Assembly: GCA_963714695.1 (NCBI GenBank) | Contig: CAVQPQ010000006.1 | Span: forward strand, 321,971 to 385,970 | Origin: an uncultured Verrucomicrobiae bacterium | GTDB taxonomy: Bacteria > Verrucomicrobiota > Verrucomicrobiia > Limisphaerales > UBA11358 | Reading direction: 5' to 3' | Length of the DNA: 64,000 bases | Shown: in pieces, positions 46,198 through 56,054 of the stretch | Layout: each line of letters starts with the position of its first letter | How positions within the stretch are numbered: the stretch's first letter is position 1 | Notes under the pieces: model-generated | Told to the model about the DNA's origin: nothing | The model's database searches: none | The model's input: only the letters and a program-made list of their open reading frames with translations | Position numbers and translations under genes: made by a program

Positions 46198-46274
46198 TTT
46201 TAATTTTGAGTTTTTAATTTTGAGTTTTAAGTTCCTCTGCTTCAACTTAAAACTTAAAATTTAAAACTAAAAAT
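46195..46274. repeat. inverted heptamer-array hairpin (TTTTGAG/TTTTAAG versus CTTAAAA)
   Basis: TTTTTAA TTTTGAG TTTTTAA TTTTGAG TTTTAAG - loop - CTTAAAA CTTAAAA TTTAAAA CTAAAAA. Lies between the SRP RNA and dnaX. Confidence 0.85.
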
Positions 46275-46277
46275 TCC

Positions 46278-48056
46278 GTGTCTTATCAAGTCATCGCCAG
46301 AAAATACCGCCCGCAGCGGTTTGCCGACGTGGTCGGGCAGGAACACGTTACCCAGACGCTCGCCAACGCCATCGAGCAGAAACGCATCGCGCACGCCTAC
46401 CTGTTCTGCGGCCCGCGCGGCACGGGCAAGACCACCATCGCCCGCATTTTTGCCAAATGCCTGAATTGCACCGGCGGCCCGAAAACCGCCTTCGACGACC
46501 TGGATTCGCGCTGCATTGAAATTGCCGAGGGCCGCTCGCTCGACGTTCTGGAAATTGACGGCGCCAGCAACAACGGCGTCGAGCAGGTCCGCGAACTCCG
46601 CGAAACGTGCAAGTACGCGCCCGCCAATTCACAGTTCAAAATCTACATCATTGACGAGGTCCACATGCTCTCGACGGCGGCGTTCAACGCGCTGCTCAAG
46701 ACACTCGAAGAGCCGCCGGCGCACGTGAAGTTCATGTTCGCCACGACCGACCCGGAGAAGGTTTTGCCAACCATCCTTTCGCGCTGCCAGCGATTCGACC
46801 TGCGCCGGATTCCCTCCGCGCTCATCACCAAACACCTCGCCCACGTCGCAAAACAGGAAAAGGTAAAAATTGACGAGGCGGCGCTCCACGCCATCGCCCG
46901 CGGCGCGGATGGCGGCATGCGCGACGCCGAATCCACGCTCGACCAGTTGATTAGTTTTTGCGGCGACAAAATCGAGGAAGCCGACGTGCTTTCCATGTTC
47001 GGTCTGGCCGCGCAAAGCCAGATTCTCGGTTTGAGCCAGGCCGTCCTGGCCGGTGAAATCCAGACCGCGCTTACCGAACTAAGCGAACTCGCGCAAAACG
47101 GCAAAGACCTTGGCCGCCTGCTCTCCGACCTGTTGAATCATTTCCGCAACCTGCTCATTTTCCAGGTGGCGCGCGGCGATCTGAACTTGCTCGAAGTGTC
47201 CGAAGCCGAAGTCGCGGCGTTGAAAGAACAGTCAGGGCTGGCCGACACTGCGACCCTCACGCGAATCCTCGAAGTGCTGACCGATGCCGAACTTCGGCTG
47301 CGCGACATTTCATCCAAGAAAATCCTGCTGGAAGTCGCGATGCTCAAGGCCATCGAGGCGCGCAACGCCGTCAGCCTCGATGCCGTCCTGAAACATCTCA
47401 ACCAATTGCGCGGCGGCCAAAGTAGCGCGGGCATCCCGCCGGCGCCTGCGGCATCCGTCCCGGTAGAGCGCCGGGCCCCGGCCCGGCTCGAAACGGAGGG
47501 GCCAAAAACCGTCCACCCGCTGGCCGGGGCGGTGCCCGGCGCTCCTGCTGCTTTGGCCGAAACATCGCCGGTGTCGGACAATCTGGCCGGGTTGTGGACC
47601 AGGCTGATTGAAGCCGTTGGTCGCGTCAGCCCTTTCACGCGGAGTTATCTCGTGGACGCCAATCCGGTTTCGTTCGACAAAAACCTGCTCACGATTGGCT
47701 TCGATCCCGAATTTGCCGACCATCTCGGCCTGGTGGACAACGCACGCAACCACACGTTGCTCCAGACCAAACTGGCCGAACTCGGCCACGCAGACGCGCA
47801 GATCAAATTCGTAAAAGTTGAAGCGTCTGCGGCAACCACGAAGCAAAACGAGGGCGTTGGAGTTCAAGCTTCAGCTTGTTCGGCAGACACGTTAAAGCGT
47901 GAACTCCAACCAGCCAAACCAGTTGCGGCGACGGCACCCGCCGCAAAGGGAAAACCGGTGTCCGCCCCCTTCAACAAAAATGATTTCAAAAACGACCCAT
48001 TGATTCAAAAAGCTCTGGAAATTTTCAAAGGCCAGATTGTGGAAGTCCGCGCCTGA
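46278..48056 (+). CDS. dnaX: DNA polymerase III subunit gamma/tau
   Basis: 592 aa, Walker A GPRGTGKTT, zinc module CxxC, SRC motif. In-frame family A element at 47858-47908. Confidence 0.95.
   Translation: MSYQVIARKYRPQRFADVVGQEHVTQTLANAIEQKRIAHAYLFCGPRGTGKTTIARIFAKCLNCTGGPKTAFDDLDSRCIEIAEGRSLDVLEIDGASNNGVEQVRELRETCKYAPANSQFKIYIIDEVHMLSTAAFNALLKTLEEPPAHVKFMFATTDPEKVLPTILSRCQRFDLRRIPSALITKHLAHVAKQEKVKIDEAALHAIARGADGGMRDAESTLDQLISFCGDKIEEADVLSMFGLAAQSQILGLSQAVLAGEIQTALTELSELAQNGKDLGRLLSDLLNHFRNLLIFQVARGDLNLLEVSEAEVAALKEQSGLADTATLTRILEVLTDAELRLRDISSKKILLEVAMLKAIEARNAVSLDAVLKHLNQLRGGQSSAGIPPAPAASVPVERRAPARLETEGPKTVHPLAGAVPGAPAALAETSPVSDNLAGLWTRLIEAVGRVSPFTRSYLVDANPVSFDKNLLTIGFDPEFADHLGLVDNARNHTLLQTKLAELGHADAQIKFVKVEASAATTKQNEGVGVQASACSADTLKRELQPAKPVAATAPAAKGKPVSAPFNKNDFKNDPLIQKALEIFKGQIVEVRA
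47858..47908 (+). repeat. palindromic element, family A, in frame in dnaX
   Basis: TGGAGTTCAAGCTTCAGCTTGTTCGGCAGACACGTTAAAGCGTGAACTCCA. Translated as GVQASACSADTLKRELQ. Confidence 0.9.
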
Positions 48057-48174
48057 GTTTCACCCTTTTGCGCTTTCTCCTGTCCAACGGGAGAAGTTCG
48101 CATTTTGCTTGCCACCGCCGTCCGAATTCTGACGGCAGTTCGGAGGGTTCAGGGAGATTTTGGCGCGAGGTTTC

Positions 48175-48867
48175 TTACCGCAGCCAATCGGTCAATTCCC
48201 GCAATGAAGCAACCTCGAGGGTGATCGCCAAACAGTCAGGGCGCGGCTGGCGGCGGGGATTAAACCAGCACGTGTCCAAGCCGTACCAGGCAGCGCCTTG
48301 TATATCGGAAACCCAGTTGTCGCCGATCATCAGGACTTCACTTTTTGGCGGATTTCCCAGTCGAGCAAATGCGGCATCAAAGTATTCTTTCGCCGGTTTG
48401 GCGAAGCCGATTTCTTCCGAGATGATGATGGCCGATATTTGGCCGCGGATCGCGGAGCGGGCCAGCCGGGCGCGTTGAACCGCCTGCAAGCCGTTCGTCA
48501 AAATGGCCATCCGATAATTCCGCCGCAGGGCATTCAGCATATCGCAAGCGCCGGCAATCAATTCAGAACATTCGGCCAGGCATTCGAGATAGACATCGCT
48601 GAAGCCGGCCGGCTCGTGTGTTATGCCGATTACTTCGAATAACAATTCAAAGCGCTGCACCTTAAGCTCGTCCGGAGTAGTCAATCCTTTCTCCAGGCTT
48701 TGCCACACCTTCTGGTTGATGTCGCGATAAGCCGTCAGAAAGTCGGGTTTGAAGGGAAGGCGGCACCGCTGGAATGCCCGGACGAGCGCCACCGCTTCTG
48801 CCCGCTCGTAGTCAAACAAGGTGCCGTCGGCGTCGAAGAGCAGCCATTGATAGCGTGGCATTCGCAA
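48175..48867 (-). CDS. HAD-superfamily hydrolase (YjjG-like nucleotidase subfamily)
   Basis: LLFDADGTLFDY motif I and later HAD motifs (ILTNG, GDN...D). Confidence 0.8.
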   Translation of the reverse strand: MRMPRYQWLLFDADGTLFDYERAEAVALVRAFQRCRLPFKPDFLTAYRDINQKVWQSLEKGLTTPDELKVQRFELLFEVIGITHEPAGFSDVYLECLAECSELIAGACDMLNALRRNYRMAILTNGLQAVQRARLARSAIRGQISAIIISEEIGFAKPAKEYFDAAFARLGNPPKSEVLMIGDNWVSDIQGAAWYGLDTCWFNPRRQPRPDCLAITLEVASLRELTDWLR

Positions 48868-49100
48868 ATAAATATCATTTCAGCCGCAGGTGCAAATCCT
48901 TATGCAACCACCCTGGTCGGGAGGGCGTTGCGGTTCCGCTGCGATGTCTCCGCGTATAAAAATGATTCCGCGTGTTTCGTGTGATTCCCGGCAAATGCTC
49001 CTTCGTTCCGGCGCGACCAGTGAGCCCTTTTAATCCCCGGCCATCTGCGGGCAAACTCTTTCGGGTTGGAAATTTTCGCGCGCTCCTTTAAGCTGCTGGC

Positions 49101-49412
49101 ATGTCCAGTATCGGAAAATTGATGAAACAGGCTGCTCGCATGCAGCAGCAAATGGAACAGGTGCAGGCGCAACTCGCCGCGCGCACCGTCGAGGCCACCA
49201 GCGGCGGCGGCGCGGTCAAAATCGCCGCCAAATGCGACGGCACCATTGCCTCGGTGAAAATTGACCCGCAGGCGCTCAATCCGTCTGACGCGCAATTGCT
49301 CGAAGACATGATTATGACCGCCGCCAACCAGGCGCTCGGCCAGGCCAAGGAAATTTCCAACGCCGAAATGGGCAAGGTCACCGCCGGCCTAAACTTGCCG
49401 GGACTGATGTAA
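49101..49412 (+). CDS. ybaB: nucleoid-associated protein YbaB/EbfC
   Basis: 103 aa. Pattern MMKQAQ.MQ......Q.......V...SGGG.V. Confidence 0.9.
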   Translation: MSSIGKLMKQAARMQQQMEQVQAQLAARTVEATSGGGAVKIAAKCDGTIASVKIDPQALNPSDAQLLEDMIMTAANQALGQAKEISNAEMGKVTAGLNLPGLM

Positions 49413-49546
49413 AATGACGAATGACGAAACCCTGATGACTAAAAAATGCCAAATGCCGAATTTCAAAATACCCGTGGCTGCCGGGAATAATTCGTCATTG
49501 GGTTTTAGTCATTCTTTCGTCATTCGAGCTTAGTCATTCGTCATTC
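49413..49546. repeat. long imperfect hairpin element, family G
   Basis: Starts AATGACG AATGACG and ends GTCATTC GTCATTC. Fills the entire ybaB-recR gap to the nucleotide. Confidence 0.85.
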
Positions 49547-49547
49547 C

Positions 49548-50156
49548 ATGTCCGTTCTTCCCGAATCCATTATCGCGCTGATTTCCGCGCTGAGCAAGCT
49601 GCCCGGCGTCGGGCCGCGTTCCGCGGAGCGCATCGCCTTGCATCTGGTCCAGGCTGATTCGGCGGAGGTGAAACAACTGGCGGATATCATTGTTCACGCC
49701 CGCGAGAAAATTCATTTTTGCACCGCCTGCGGCGCATTGACCGAAAAATCCCCCTGCCCGATCTGTGACGATGCCCGGCGCGATGTGTCGTTGGTGTGCG
49801 TGGTCGAGCACGCGGTGGACATTTTGAGCGTTGAAAAATCCGGCGCCTACCGCGGCAAATTTCACGTGCTTGGCGGAAAAATATCCCCGCTCGACGGCGT
49901 GGAGCCGGAGGACCTGCGCATCGCTGAATTGGAAAAACGGCTGGCGCGCGAGCCGGTCAGAGAAATCATCATTGCGCTGGGCACGGACGTGGAAGGCGAC
50001 GCGACGAGTTTCTATCTGGCCAAACGGCTGGCGCGCGAAGGACTTAAAATTTCCCGCATCGCCTATGGTTTGCCCGCAGGGAGCGGTTTGGAATTTGCTG
50101 ACGAACTGACTTTGAGCCGCGCACTGGAGGGGCGGCGAGAAATGACCGGCGAATGA
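49548..50156 (+). CDS. recR: recombination protein RecR
   Basis: 202 aa, HhH motif (LPGVGPRSAERIA), C4 zinc finger, Toprim domain. Confidence 0.95.
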   Translation: MSVLPESIIALISALSKLPGVGPRSAERIALHLVQADSAEVKQLADIIVHAREKIHFCTACGALTEKSPCPICDDARRDVSLVCVVEHAVDILSVEKSGAYRGKFHVLGGKISPLDGVEPEDLRIAELEKRLAREPVREIIIALGTDVEGDATSFYLAKRLAREGLKISRIAYGLPAGSGLEFADELTLSRALEGRREMTGE

Positions 50157-50254
50157 CCCATGACGAAACCATAATGACCAAATGGCGTATGGATTGTGTT
50201 TCGTCATTTGAGCTTGGTCATTCCTTCGTCATTCGGATTTAGGCATTAGACATT
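50141..50254. repeat. long imperfect hairpin element, family G
   Basis: AATGACCGGCGAATGACCCATGACGAAACC ... TTTCGTCATTTGAGCTTGGTCATTCCTTCGTCATTCGG. Its first 16 nt encode the RecR C-terminus. Confidence 0.8.
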
Positions 50255-50281
50255 AACGGCCTCGACATACCACGACGAACA

Positions 50282-50884
50282 ATGAATCTTTCCAAAATAG
50301 TCGCCTTTGACCTGGGCAAGGTGCTGGTGGATTTCGATTACTCGATTGCCGCCCGCAAGGTCGCCGCGCGCAGCGCCCGCGCCGTTGAGCAGCTCCGTTC
50401 CTTCCTGGAAAGCTCGCCGTTGCTCGTCCAGTATGAAACCGGCCGGTTGACCCGGGAGGAATTTTTTGCGGAAATCTGCCGGGCCACCGGTTTTCAGGGA
50501 ACCCTCGCGGAATTTGGCGACTTTTTCGCGGACATTTTCACGGAAATTCCAGCGATGATTGAACTGCACGCCGGGCTGCGCCGGCGCGGCATCCCGACCT
50601 ATATTTTCTCGAATACCAACGACCTGGCGGTCGAGCACATTCGCCGGAACTTTCCGTTCTTTCGCAATTTTGACGGCTACATTTTCTCTTACGAGGTCAA
50701 AGCCATGAAGCCCGACGCCAAAATTTATGAGGCGTTGGAGAAACTCACCGGACGGCGCGGCGCGGAAATCCTTTACCTGGATGACCGTCCGGAAAATGTC
50801 GCGGGCGGCGCGGCGCGCGGCTGGCGCACAATTCTGCACGAGACCCCGGAAAAAACGCGGGCGGCCCTCGAACAAATCGTCTGA
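50282..50884 (+). CDS. HAD-superfamily hydrolase, subfamily IA
   Basis: VAFDLGKVLVDFD motif I, SNTN motif II, K...DD motifs III/IV. Confidence 0.8.
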   Translation: MNLSKIVAFDLGKVLVDFDYSIAARKVAARSARAVEQLRSFLESSPLLVQYETGRLTREEFFAEICRATGFQGTLAEFGDFFADIFTEIPAMIELHAGLRRRGIPTYIFSNTNDLAVEHIRRNFPFFRNFDGYIFSYEVKAMKPDAKIYEALEKLTGRRGAEILYLDDRPENVAGGAARGWRTILHETPEKTRAALEQIV

Positions 50885-50941
50885 TTGTTGGGTGCGCCGC
50901 TGCTTTGGCGCGCGGCGGTGCGGCAGCACCGCCCTGCCATT

Positions 50942-51220
50942 TTAATTCAAACGCGGCTTGACCGGCTTGACCGGCTTGAGGCCGACCTCGTGGGCGATAT
51001 CGTCGAACTCATCGTGGCTGACGGTTTCGAGCTGCTTGCCGCGCGCCTTGAGCTTTTCGTTGATTTTGATGGCTTTTTCGGTCATCTGCTCGTGCGTTTC
51101 TTCCGTGCCACCGACGAGCGCAAAGTTCGGCCCGGTTGTCAGCCGTTTGTGGCCGTCGGAGTCCAACCCGACACCGAGCATGATTGCCTTGCGTTTTTTC
51201 TTTTGGGGCGCGTTCGCCAT
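50942..51220 (-). CDS. hypothetical small protein
   Basis: 92-aa ORF with a basic N-terminus and no recognisable domain. Confidence 0.4.
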   Translation of the reverse strand: MANAPQKKKRKAIMLGVGLDSDGHKRLTTGPNFALVGGTEETHEQMTEKAIKINEKLKARGKQLETVSHDEFDDIAHEVGLKPVKPVKPRLN

Positions 51221-51405
51221 GGATCCAAGCTAAGTGCGGCTGCGGTTGCGGTCAAGCGCGCGGCGGCTGAACTTATGCAAAATATCAACGTTCGCATCGC
51301 CAATCAGCCCCCACAGTCAACGGGATGCCGCTCGATCCTTGACTGTAAGGGAGCGATCTTTAAAGTGTTCCAGCCTGTTCAAAACAATTTTAATCGGCAT
51401 GCGCT

Positions 51406-54021
51406 TTGAATTCCATGAATAGTCGGTGGGCAGCCATCGTCGCGGCATCTCTGGTGGCTTTTGCCAGCCTCGTGATCACTTGGCAGTTTAGGCATTACGA
51501 TAGAGGAGAGAAAGCACCGTATGAGTCCTTGGCGCAGTCCTTTCGGCGAGTAAACAAACTAGCAAAAACTTCTAATATCGTGGCCAGGGAACAGGAATAT
51601 ATTCCGGCCTCAGGAATCTGCCGGTATTATGATTTGGTTTTGCCAAAGAATGCACAAGTTTTCATAACGGACATGATCGGCACCAACAACCCCCATATGG
51701 GTCTTTTTGTTTGGATGACCTATTACCTCTTTCCCCGTGAAATTGGGACGAGCTTGGATCATAAAACACGATTAATTACTGATGGCTTTCTCGGCCAGAC
51801 ATCCGAGTCCGATCATGAAATTCTTACCAATGGATTCGATGTGAGGTGTGACCATCTTTCAGGGGACAGCGTGTCCGTGAAAGCACTGAGGGATCTTCCC
51901 TTGAAGTTTCCAACCAATCCAGCTTGGTTTAACTCCAACTCCGACAAGGCCATAGCGTTTCTGCTGCCCTTGTTGACGGCGTTGGCGGGGATGTGGCTGT
52001 TTCGCTTTATGTTTCTCACTCTGAGCGAGCAGATGCCATTACTGGAACAACTGGCATACAGCCTGGGCTTGGGAATGATGGCTGTGGGAGCACTCACGCT
52101 GGGCGTCAAATTGTGCGGTTTTTCAGGGCGAGATTTAATCCTCTCTGTGACTGCTGTGAGCGGCATCGCTGAAATGTGGCGCAACCGCAAGCCTTATTTG
52201 ACCGGGATTATCGGTGGCTGCCGGAATACAGTTTGTAGTCCCGGCAAATTGGCCTTCTTTGTGAGCGGACTATTTGTGTTCCTGATTCTTTTCCGGCGGG
52301 CCGGTTTGCAAGGACCTGTGGAAGCCGATGCGATAAAGGTGTGGTTACTCAAAGCAAAAATAATCCATCTTTATAGCGGGAGCGAGCTTGTACAATGGTT
52401 TTCCAATCCTCGTCTGACGGGTGCGCATCTGGACTATCCGACACTCGTACCCTCGCTGCATGCCGCCACGTATGACTCGCTCGGGCATGTGGACGAATTT
52501 GTCACCAAGTTCTGGCCCGCCTGGATGCTGCTGTTTCTTCTGCTCGCCCTGGCCTCGCTTAACCGGGCCGGGAACAATTGGCGGCATGTCTCTTCCTTCG
52601 CTCTTTTGGGTTTATTGCTGTTGCCGGTTATCCAAGTTTTTGTCCAATTCGAAGGCAGCACGATGCCGATGATCTTTTTCACTGTTCTGGGATTTGTGCA
52701 ATGCGCCTTCTGGCTGGTTGGAAAAGATCGTGCCCGACTCGGCTTGGGGCTGACATTTTTGTTTGGCGGAGCCATGACGCATTTCGAGGGCTTTATTTTT
52801 CTAACGATGGTGGGAAGCTGGATGATGATGATGCCTTCGACACGGCCCTCATTCAAACCGTCGCCACGCCTCTGGCGGGTGCTGGTGTTTTGTTTTCTGG
52901 CAGCCCTGCCCTTCGCCTGTTTGCGCGTCCAGATTCCTTCTTTGAACATCGAGTCGGGTTGGGCTGGTTATGCCCTGCACAATCCCGGCAACACGCTTTT
53001 GAACTGGCCCGGCCTTTTTATGTTCCTGCTCGCCGGAGGGTTTTTGAACTCAGATTTTGCATACTGGAGTGGTGAAGGTGGACGGTATCATTGGATCGGC
53101 AGATGGGATGGTTTTTCATCATTATATAATCATTCTACCCTCGGTCTGGCGTGGCTTTGCTTGTTGCTGACGGTGGCACTCTGGTTTGCCATTCCCGCCC
53201 GGCGCCAAGTCATCATCTGGATGCTCGCGATGCTCGTCGGCGCCTTGGTTGCATTCAGCGGAGTATTTGCCAGTTTTGTCAACATCACCAGTACCCTGGC
53301 CCAAATTGTTAATTACGTCAGGGACGACATCGCTGGACGATATCTTATGCCAATGTTGTTGGCTTGGTTTGCCACGATGATAACCCTGTTTTTTGCCGAT
53401 CCGCCATCAACCACCACTACTAACCGGGGCCTCCCCGCGTTGAAACACGGTTATTGGTTTGCCGTTGGCGCGATTTTGATCATGGCTTTGGGAGTATTTT
53501 TTTTGCCGAACAATAAACCTTCTTTGCTGGAAAATCCGTTGTCAAGTGCGCCTGCTTCAAGTTCCCTGAACAATTCCGAAACCAACTCGCCCGAAAATCC
53601 CGATCCCGACCTACAAGCGAGAATGAAACTTGCCATCCAGTTAATTATGGCTGGAAAGTTTGCCGAAGCTCTTCAAGAGGATCGCGAGTCGGTCCGCCTC
53701 CATCCCAATAACCCTCTTGCATTAAACAATCTGGCCTTGAACTTGGCAGCAAACCCGCGGCGGGAATTGCGTAATGGCAAGGAAGCGGTGCAACTGGCCA
53801 GCCAAGCGGTCGAGCTGACTGGCCAGCAAGACCCGGTTTTCATAGTGACCTTGGCCGTTGCCTATGCCGAAGACGGCCAGTTTGCCAAAGCCATTGGAAC
53901 GGCTAAAAGGGGGCGTGACACCGCCTTGTTGACTTGCCAGTTGAACGTGGCCGCGCTAAACGAACAATTGTTAAAACGATACTCTGCCGGCAAAGCGGCT
54001 GGCTTGATGAATGGACCATAG
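51406..54021 (+). CDS. large polytopic membrane protein with C-terminal TPR repeats (glycosyltransferase-like topology)
   Basis: 871 aa, more than 12 TM helices and a TPR tail similar to the partial CDS at the window end. Lower GC than its neighbours. Alternative start at 51415. Confidence 0.65.
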   Translation: MNSMNSRWAAIVAASLVAFASLVITWQFRHYDRGEKAPYESLAQSFRRVNKLAKTSNIVAREQEYIPASGICRYYDLVLPKNAQVFITDMIGTNNPHMGLFVWMTYYLFPREIGTSLDHKTRLITDGFLGQTSESDHEILTNGFDVRCDHLSGDSVSVKALRDLPLKFPTNPAWFNSNSDKAIAFLLPLLTALAGMWLFRFMFLTLSEQMPLLEQLAYSLGLGMMAVGALTLGVKLCGFSGRDLILSVTAVSGIAEMWRNRKPYLTGIIGGCRNTVCSPGKLAFFVSGLFVFLILFRRAGLQGPVEADAIKVWLLKAKIIHLYSGSELVQWFSNPRLTGAHLDYPTLVPSLHAATYDSLGHVDEFVTKFWPAWMLLFLLLALASLNRAGNNWRHVSSFALLGLLLLPVIQVFVQFEGSTMPMIFFTVLGFVQCAFWLVGKDRARLGLGLTFLFGGAMTHFEGFIFLTMVGSWMMMMPSTRPSFKPSPRLWRVLVFCFLAALPFACLRVQIPSLNIESGWAGYALHNPGNTLLNWPGLFMFLLAGGFLNSDFAYWSGEGGRYHWIGRWDGFSSLYNHSTLGLAWLCLLLTVALWFAIPARRQVIIWMLAMLVGALVAFSGVFASFVNITSTLAQIVNYVRDDIAGRYLMPMLLAWFATMITLFFADPPSTTTTNRGLPALKHGYWFAVGAILIMALGVFFLPNNKPSLLENPLSSAPASSSLNNSETNSPENPDPDLQARMKLAIQLIMAGKFAEALQEDRESVRLHPNNPLALNNLALNLAANPRRELRNGKEAVQLASQAVELTGQQDPVFIVTLAVAYAEDGQFAKAIGTAKRGRDTALLTCQLNVAALNEQLLKRYSAGKAAGLMNGP

Positions 54022-54057
54022 CAGAAACTCTTTTAACAGCCCGCGTTTTGAATTCCA

Positions 54058-54363
54058 TGAATAATCGTTGGGTGACCCTTGTCAGCGCATCACTGGTGGC
54101 TTTCGCCATCTTCGTGATATCATGGCAGGTTGGGCATTATGACAAAACAGACAATTCATTTTCGTCCATATACCAATGAGGAGGCCGGGGGACGATACCT
54201 GCTCCCAATGTTGTTGGCTTGGTTCGCCACGCTGATGACCCTGTTCTTTGCGGAGCTTCCTTCATCCACATCCATTTCTCTAAGCCCAGGCGCTCAACCG
54301 CCTCTTGCGCCGGCGAAAAAACATCGAAAAAACAAGACCGGCAAGCAGCGGCAACTGATGTGA
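54058..54363 (+). pseudogene. collapsed tandem paralogue of the preceding membrane/TPR gene
   Basis: 54044-54148 resembles 51401-51505 (upstream leader plus the first ~35 codons). 54180-54275 resembles 53325-53415 (GRYL.PMLLAWFAT...LFFA). About 1.8 kb is missing in between, the two pieces are in different frames, and there is a stop at 54177. Confidence 0.65.
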
Positions 54364-54432
54364 TTGCCTCGCCAGAGTTCATTGGCACAAATTTGCACGG
54401 AGCGCGGACAACCCGCGCCAAGTTTTTCGCCG

Positions 54433-55140
54433 TCAATCGTTCGTACCGCGAACCGGCACGGTCAGCGGCCGGCCATTGTCTGATGCTCCGAGTTTCAGAA
54501 GAAACGGCGCGGCAATTTTCGCCCATTCTTCCGCCATTGGATAACCCGAAGCGGAACCGCCAAAACAGCTTTGCAGCATGCCGGTGTTGATGATGCCGGG
54601 ATTGAGCGGAACGGTGGCCATGCCCGGCGGAAGTTCCTGCGCCAGCGATTGCGTAAGCCCTTCAATCGCCCACTTGGTGGCGCAATAAGGCGCAACTTCC
54701 GCGTCGGTCGAGCGTCCCCAGCCGGAACTGAAATTCACGATGACGCCGCTCTGGCGTTTGACCATGGCCGGCACAATATGGCGGATGATATTCGCCGTCC
54801 CTTTGAGGTTCACGTCAACGACCTGCGAAAATTCCTGCGCGCTGATTTCCCAGAGCGGCGCATTGCGGTTGATGAGGCCGGCGTTGTTCAGCAACACATC
54901 CGGCGCGCCGTGGGATATCAAAATCCGTTTCGCCCACGTGGCGACCTGTCCGTCGCTGGCCACGTCCACAACCGCAAAATCATGCGGCGTACCAAATCGT
55001 TTTTGCAATTGCCCGATTTCCTTTTCCGAACGTCCGCAGCCCAGCACGGTGTGGCCGAGCCGGATAAATTCCTCCGCCAGCGCACGGCCCAGTCCGCGCG
55101 AGACACCGGTGATGAGAATCGTCTTTTGGATTGGAGACAT
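54433..55140 (-). CDS. SDR-family oxidoreductase
   Basis: TGVSRGLG cofactor motif, NNAG, YxxxK (YCATK). Confidence 0.9.
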   Translation of the reverse strand: MSPIQKTILITGVSRGLGRALAEEFIRLGHTVLGCGRSEKEIGQLQKRFGTPHDFAVVDVASDGQVATWAKRILISHGAPDVLLNNAGLINRNAPLWEISAQEFSQVVDVNLKGTANIIRHIVPAMVKRQSGVIVNFSSGWGRSTDAEVAPYCATKWAIEGLTQSLAQELPPGMATVPLNPGIINTGMLQSCFGGSASGYPMAEEWAKIAAPFLLKLGASDNGRPLTVPVRGTND

Positions 55141-55387
55141 GATTCAGATTTAACCCAAAGACTTAATGCGGCCAAGCCGCAAACTTCAGTCAAAAATTCC
55201 GCGGGCGCTTTCATTCGTGGCAACATCATTCACTGCCGTTGATGCCGACGGCGTGGAGTGTCGGCCATTTAGGGGTTGAACCAAACTAAACGAATAGGAC
55301 ACCGGGATTCAGGCCTCAAATAAAGCGTGGTTGAACTCAAAGAAATCTTGACGCATTTGCCACAACAATCCAAATAATAGGCCAGAT

Positions 55388-55840
55388 ATGAAGACCGGAC
55401 TCAAAATGGTCCTGTTGACGCTGGTGTTCGCGGCCCTCGTGTCCCGGGCGCAGGCTCAAACTTACAGCATTGACTGGTATAAAATCGCCGGTGGCGGCGG
55501 CACCAGCACCGGCGGCGTGTATGCCGTCAGCGGCACCATCGGCCAGCATGATGCCGGCGGACCGATGACCGGCAGCAGTTATTCGCTCACCGGCGGGTTC
55601 TGGAGTTTGATTGCCGTCGTGCAAACGACCGGCCTGCCCAACCTGACCATCACGGTTGTCGGACCGAACAGCGTGGTGGTGTCCTGGCCGAACACGGGCA
55701 GTTACACGCTTCAGACCAACAACAACCTGAATACATCGAACTGGCTGGGTTACGGCGGCAACATCAACACCGCCAACGGCACAAACAGCGTGACCATCAC
55801 GCCGCCGATCGGGAATCTGTTTTTCCGTTTGAAGCAATAA
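55388..55840 (+). CDS. small secreted protein
   Basis: 150 aa, signal peptide, Gly/Thr-rich beta-type sequence. Confidence 0.5.
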   Translation: MKTGLKMVLLTLVFAALVSRAQAQTYSIDWYKIAGGGGTSTGGVYAVSGTIGQHDAGGPMTGSSYSLTGGFWSLIAVVQTTGLPNLTITVVGPNSVVVSWPNTGSYTLQTNNNLNTSNWLGYGGNINTANGTNSVTITPPIGNLFFRLKQ

Positions 55841-55923
55841 TCCACGTAGCGGCGTCTCGGCAGAGCGCCGCCATATTCTTGAAATCAGCATGGCGGGTGC
55901 ATGCTGAAGCCGTATCCATGGCG

Positions 55924-56054
55924 CAGGACAGGCATCGCGCCTGTCTCTAAAATCATAAAACCACGGCATTTCGATGAAGGGGTGCCGCCACGAATTTCCA
56001 CCCATCAGCGAGTGAAATGGATGAAGATGGAGACAGGCGCGACGCCTGTCCTAC
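55924..56054. repeat. family B element with expanded (~80 nt) central loop
   Basis: CAGGACAGGCATCGCGCCTGTCTC (55924-55947) and GAGACAGGCGCGACGCCTGTCCTAC (56030-56054) are the two hairpin halves seen contiguously in the 68-nt copies. Confidence 0.6.

Noticed and set aside
45998-46264. 88-aa ORF between the dUTPase-like gene and dnaX
   Set aside because: It overlaps the SRP RNA hairpin and the AT-only heptamer hairpin. The RNA interpretation explains the sequence better.
46278-48056. Programmed -1 frameshift site in dnaX (A AAA AAG type)
   Set aside because: No A AAA AAG or equivalent slippery heptamer followed by a stem was seen in the gene.
49855-49872. parS-like sequence (TTTCACGTG) inside recR, and another half-site at 56066-56075
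   Set aside because: Only half of the 16-bp palindrome TGTTNCACGTGAAACA is present. No full parS was seen near parB.
50914-50933. Hairpin GGCGGTGC-ggca-GCACCGCC as a terminator between the convergent HAD gene and the 92-aa ORF
   Set aside because: The stem is plausible, but there is no U-run on either strand. Support is too weak to annotate.
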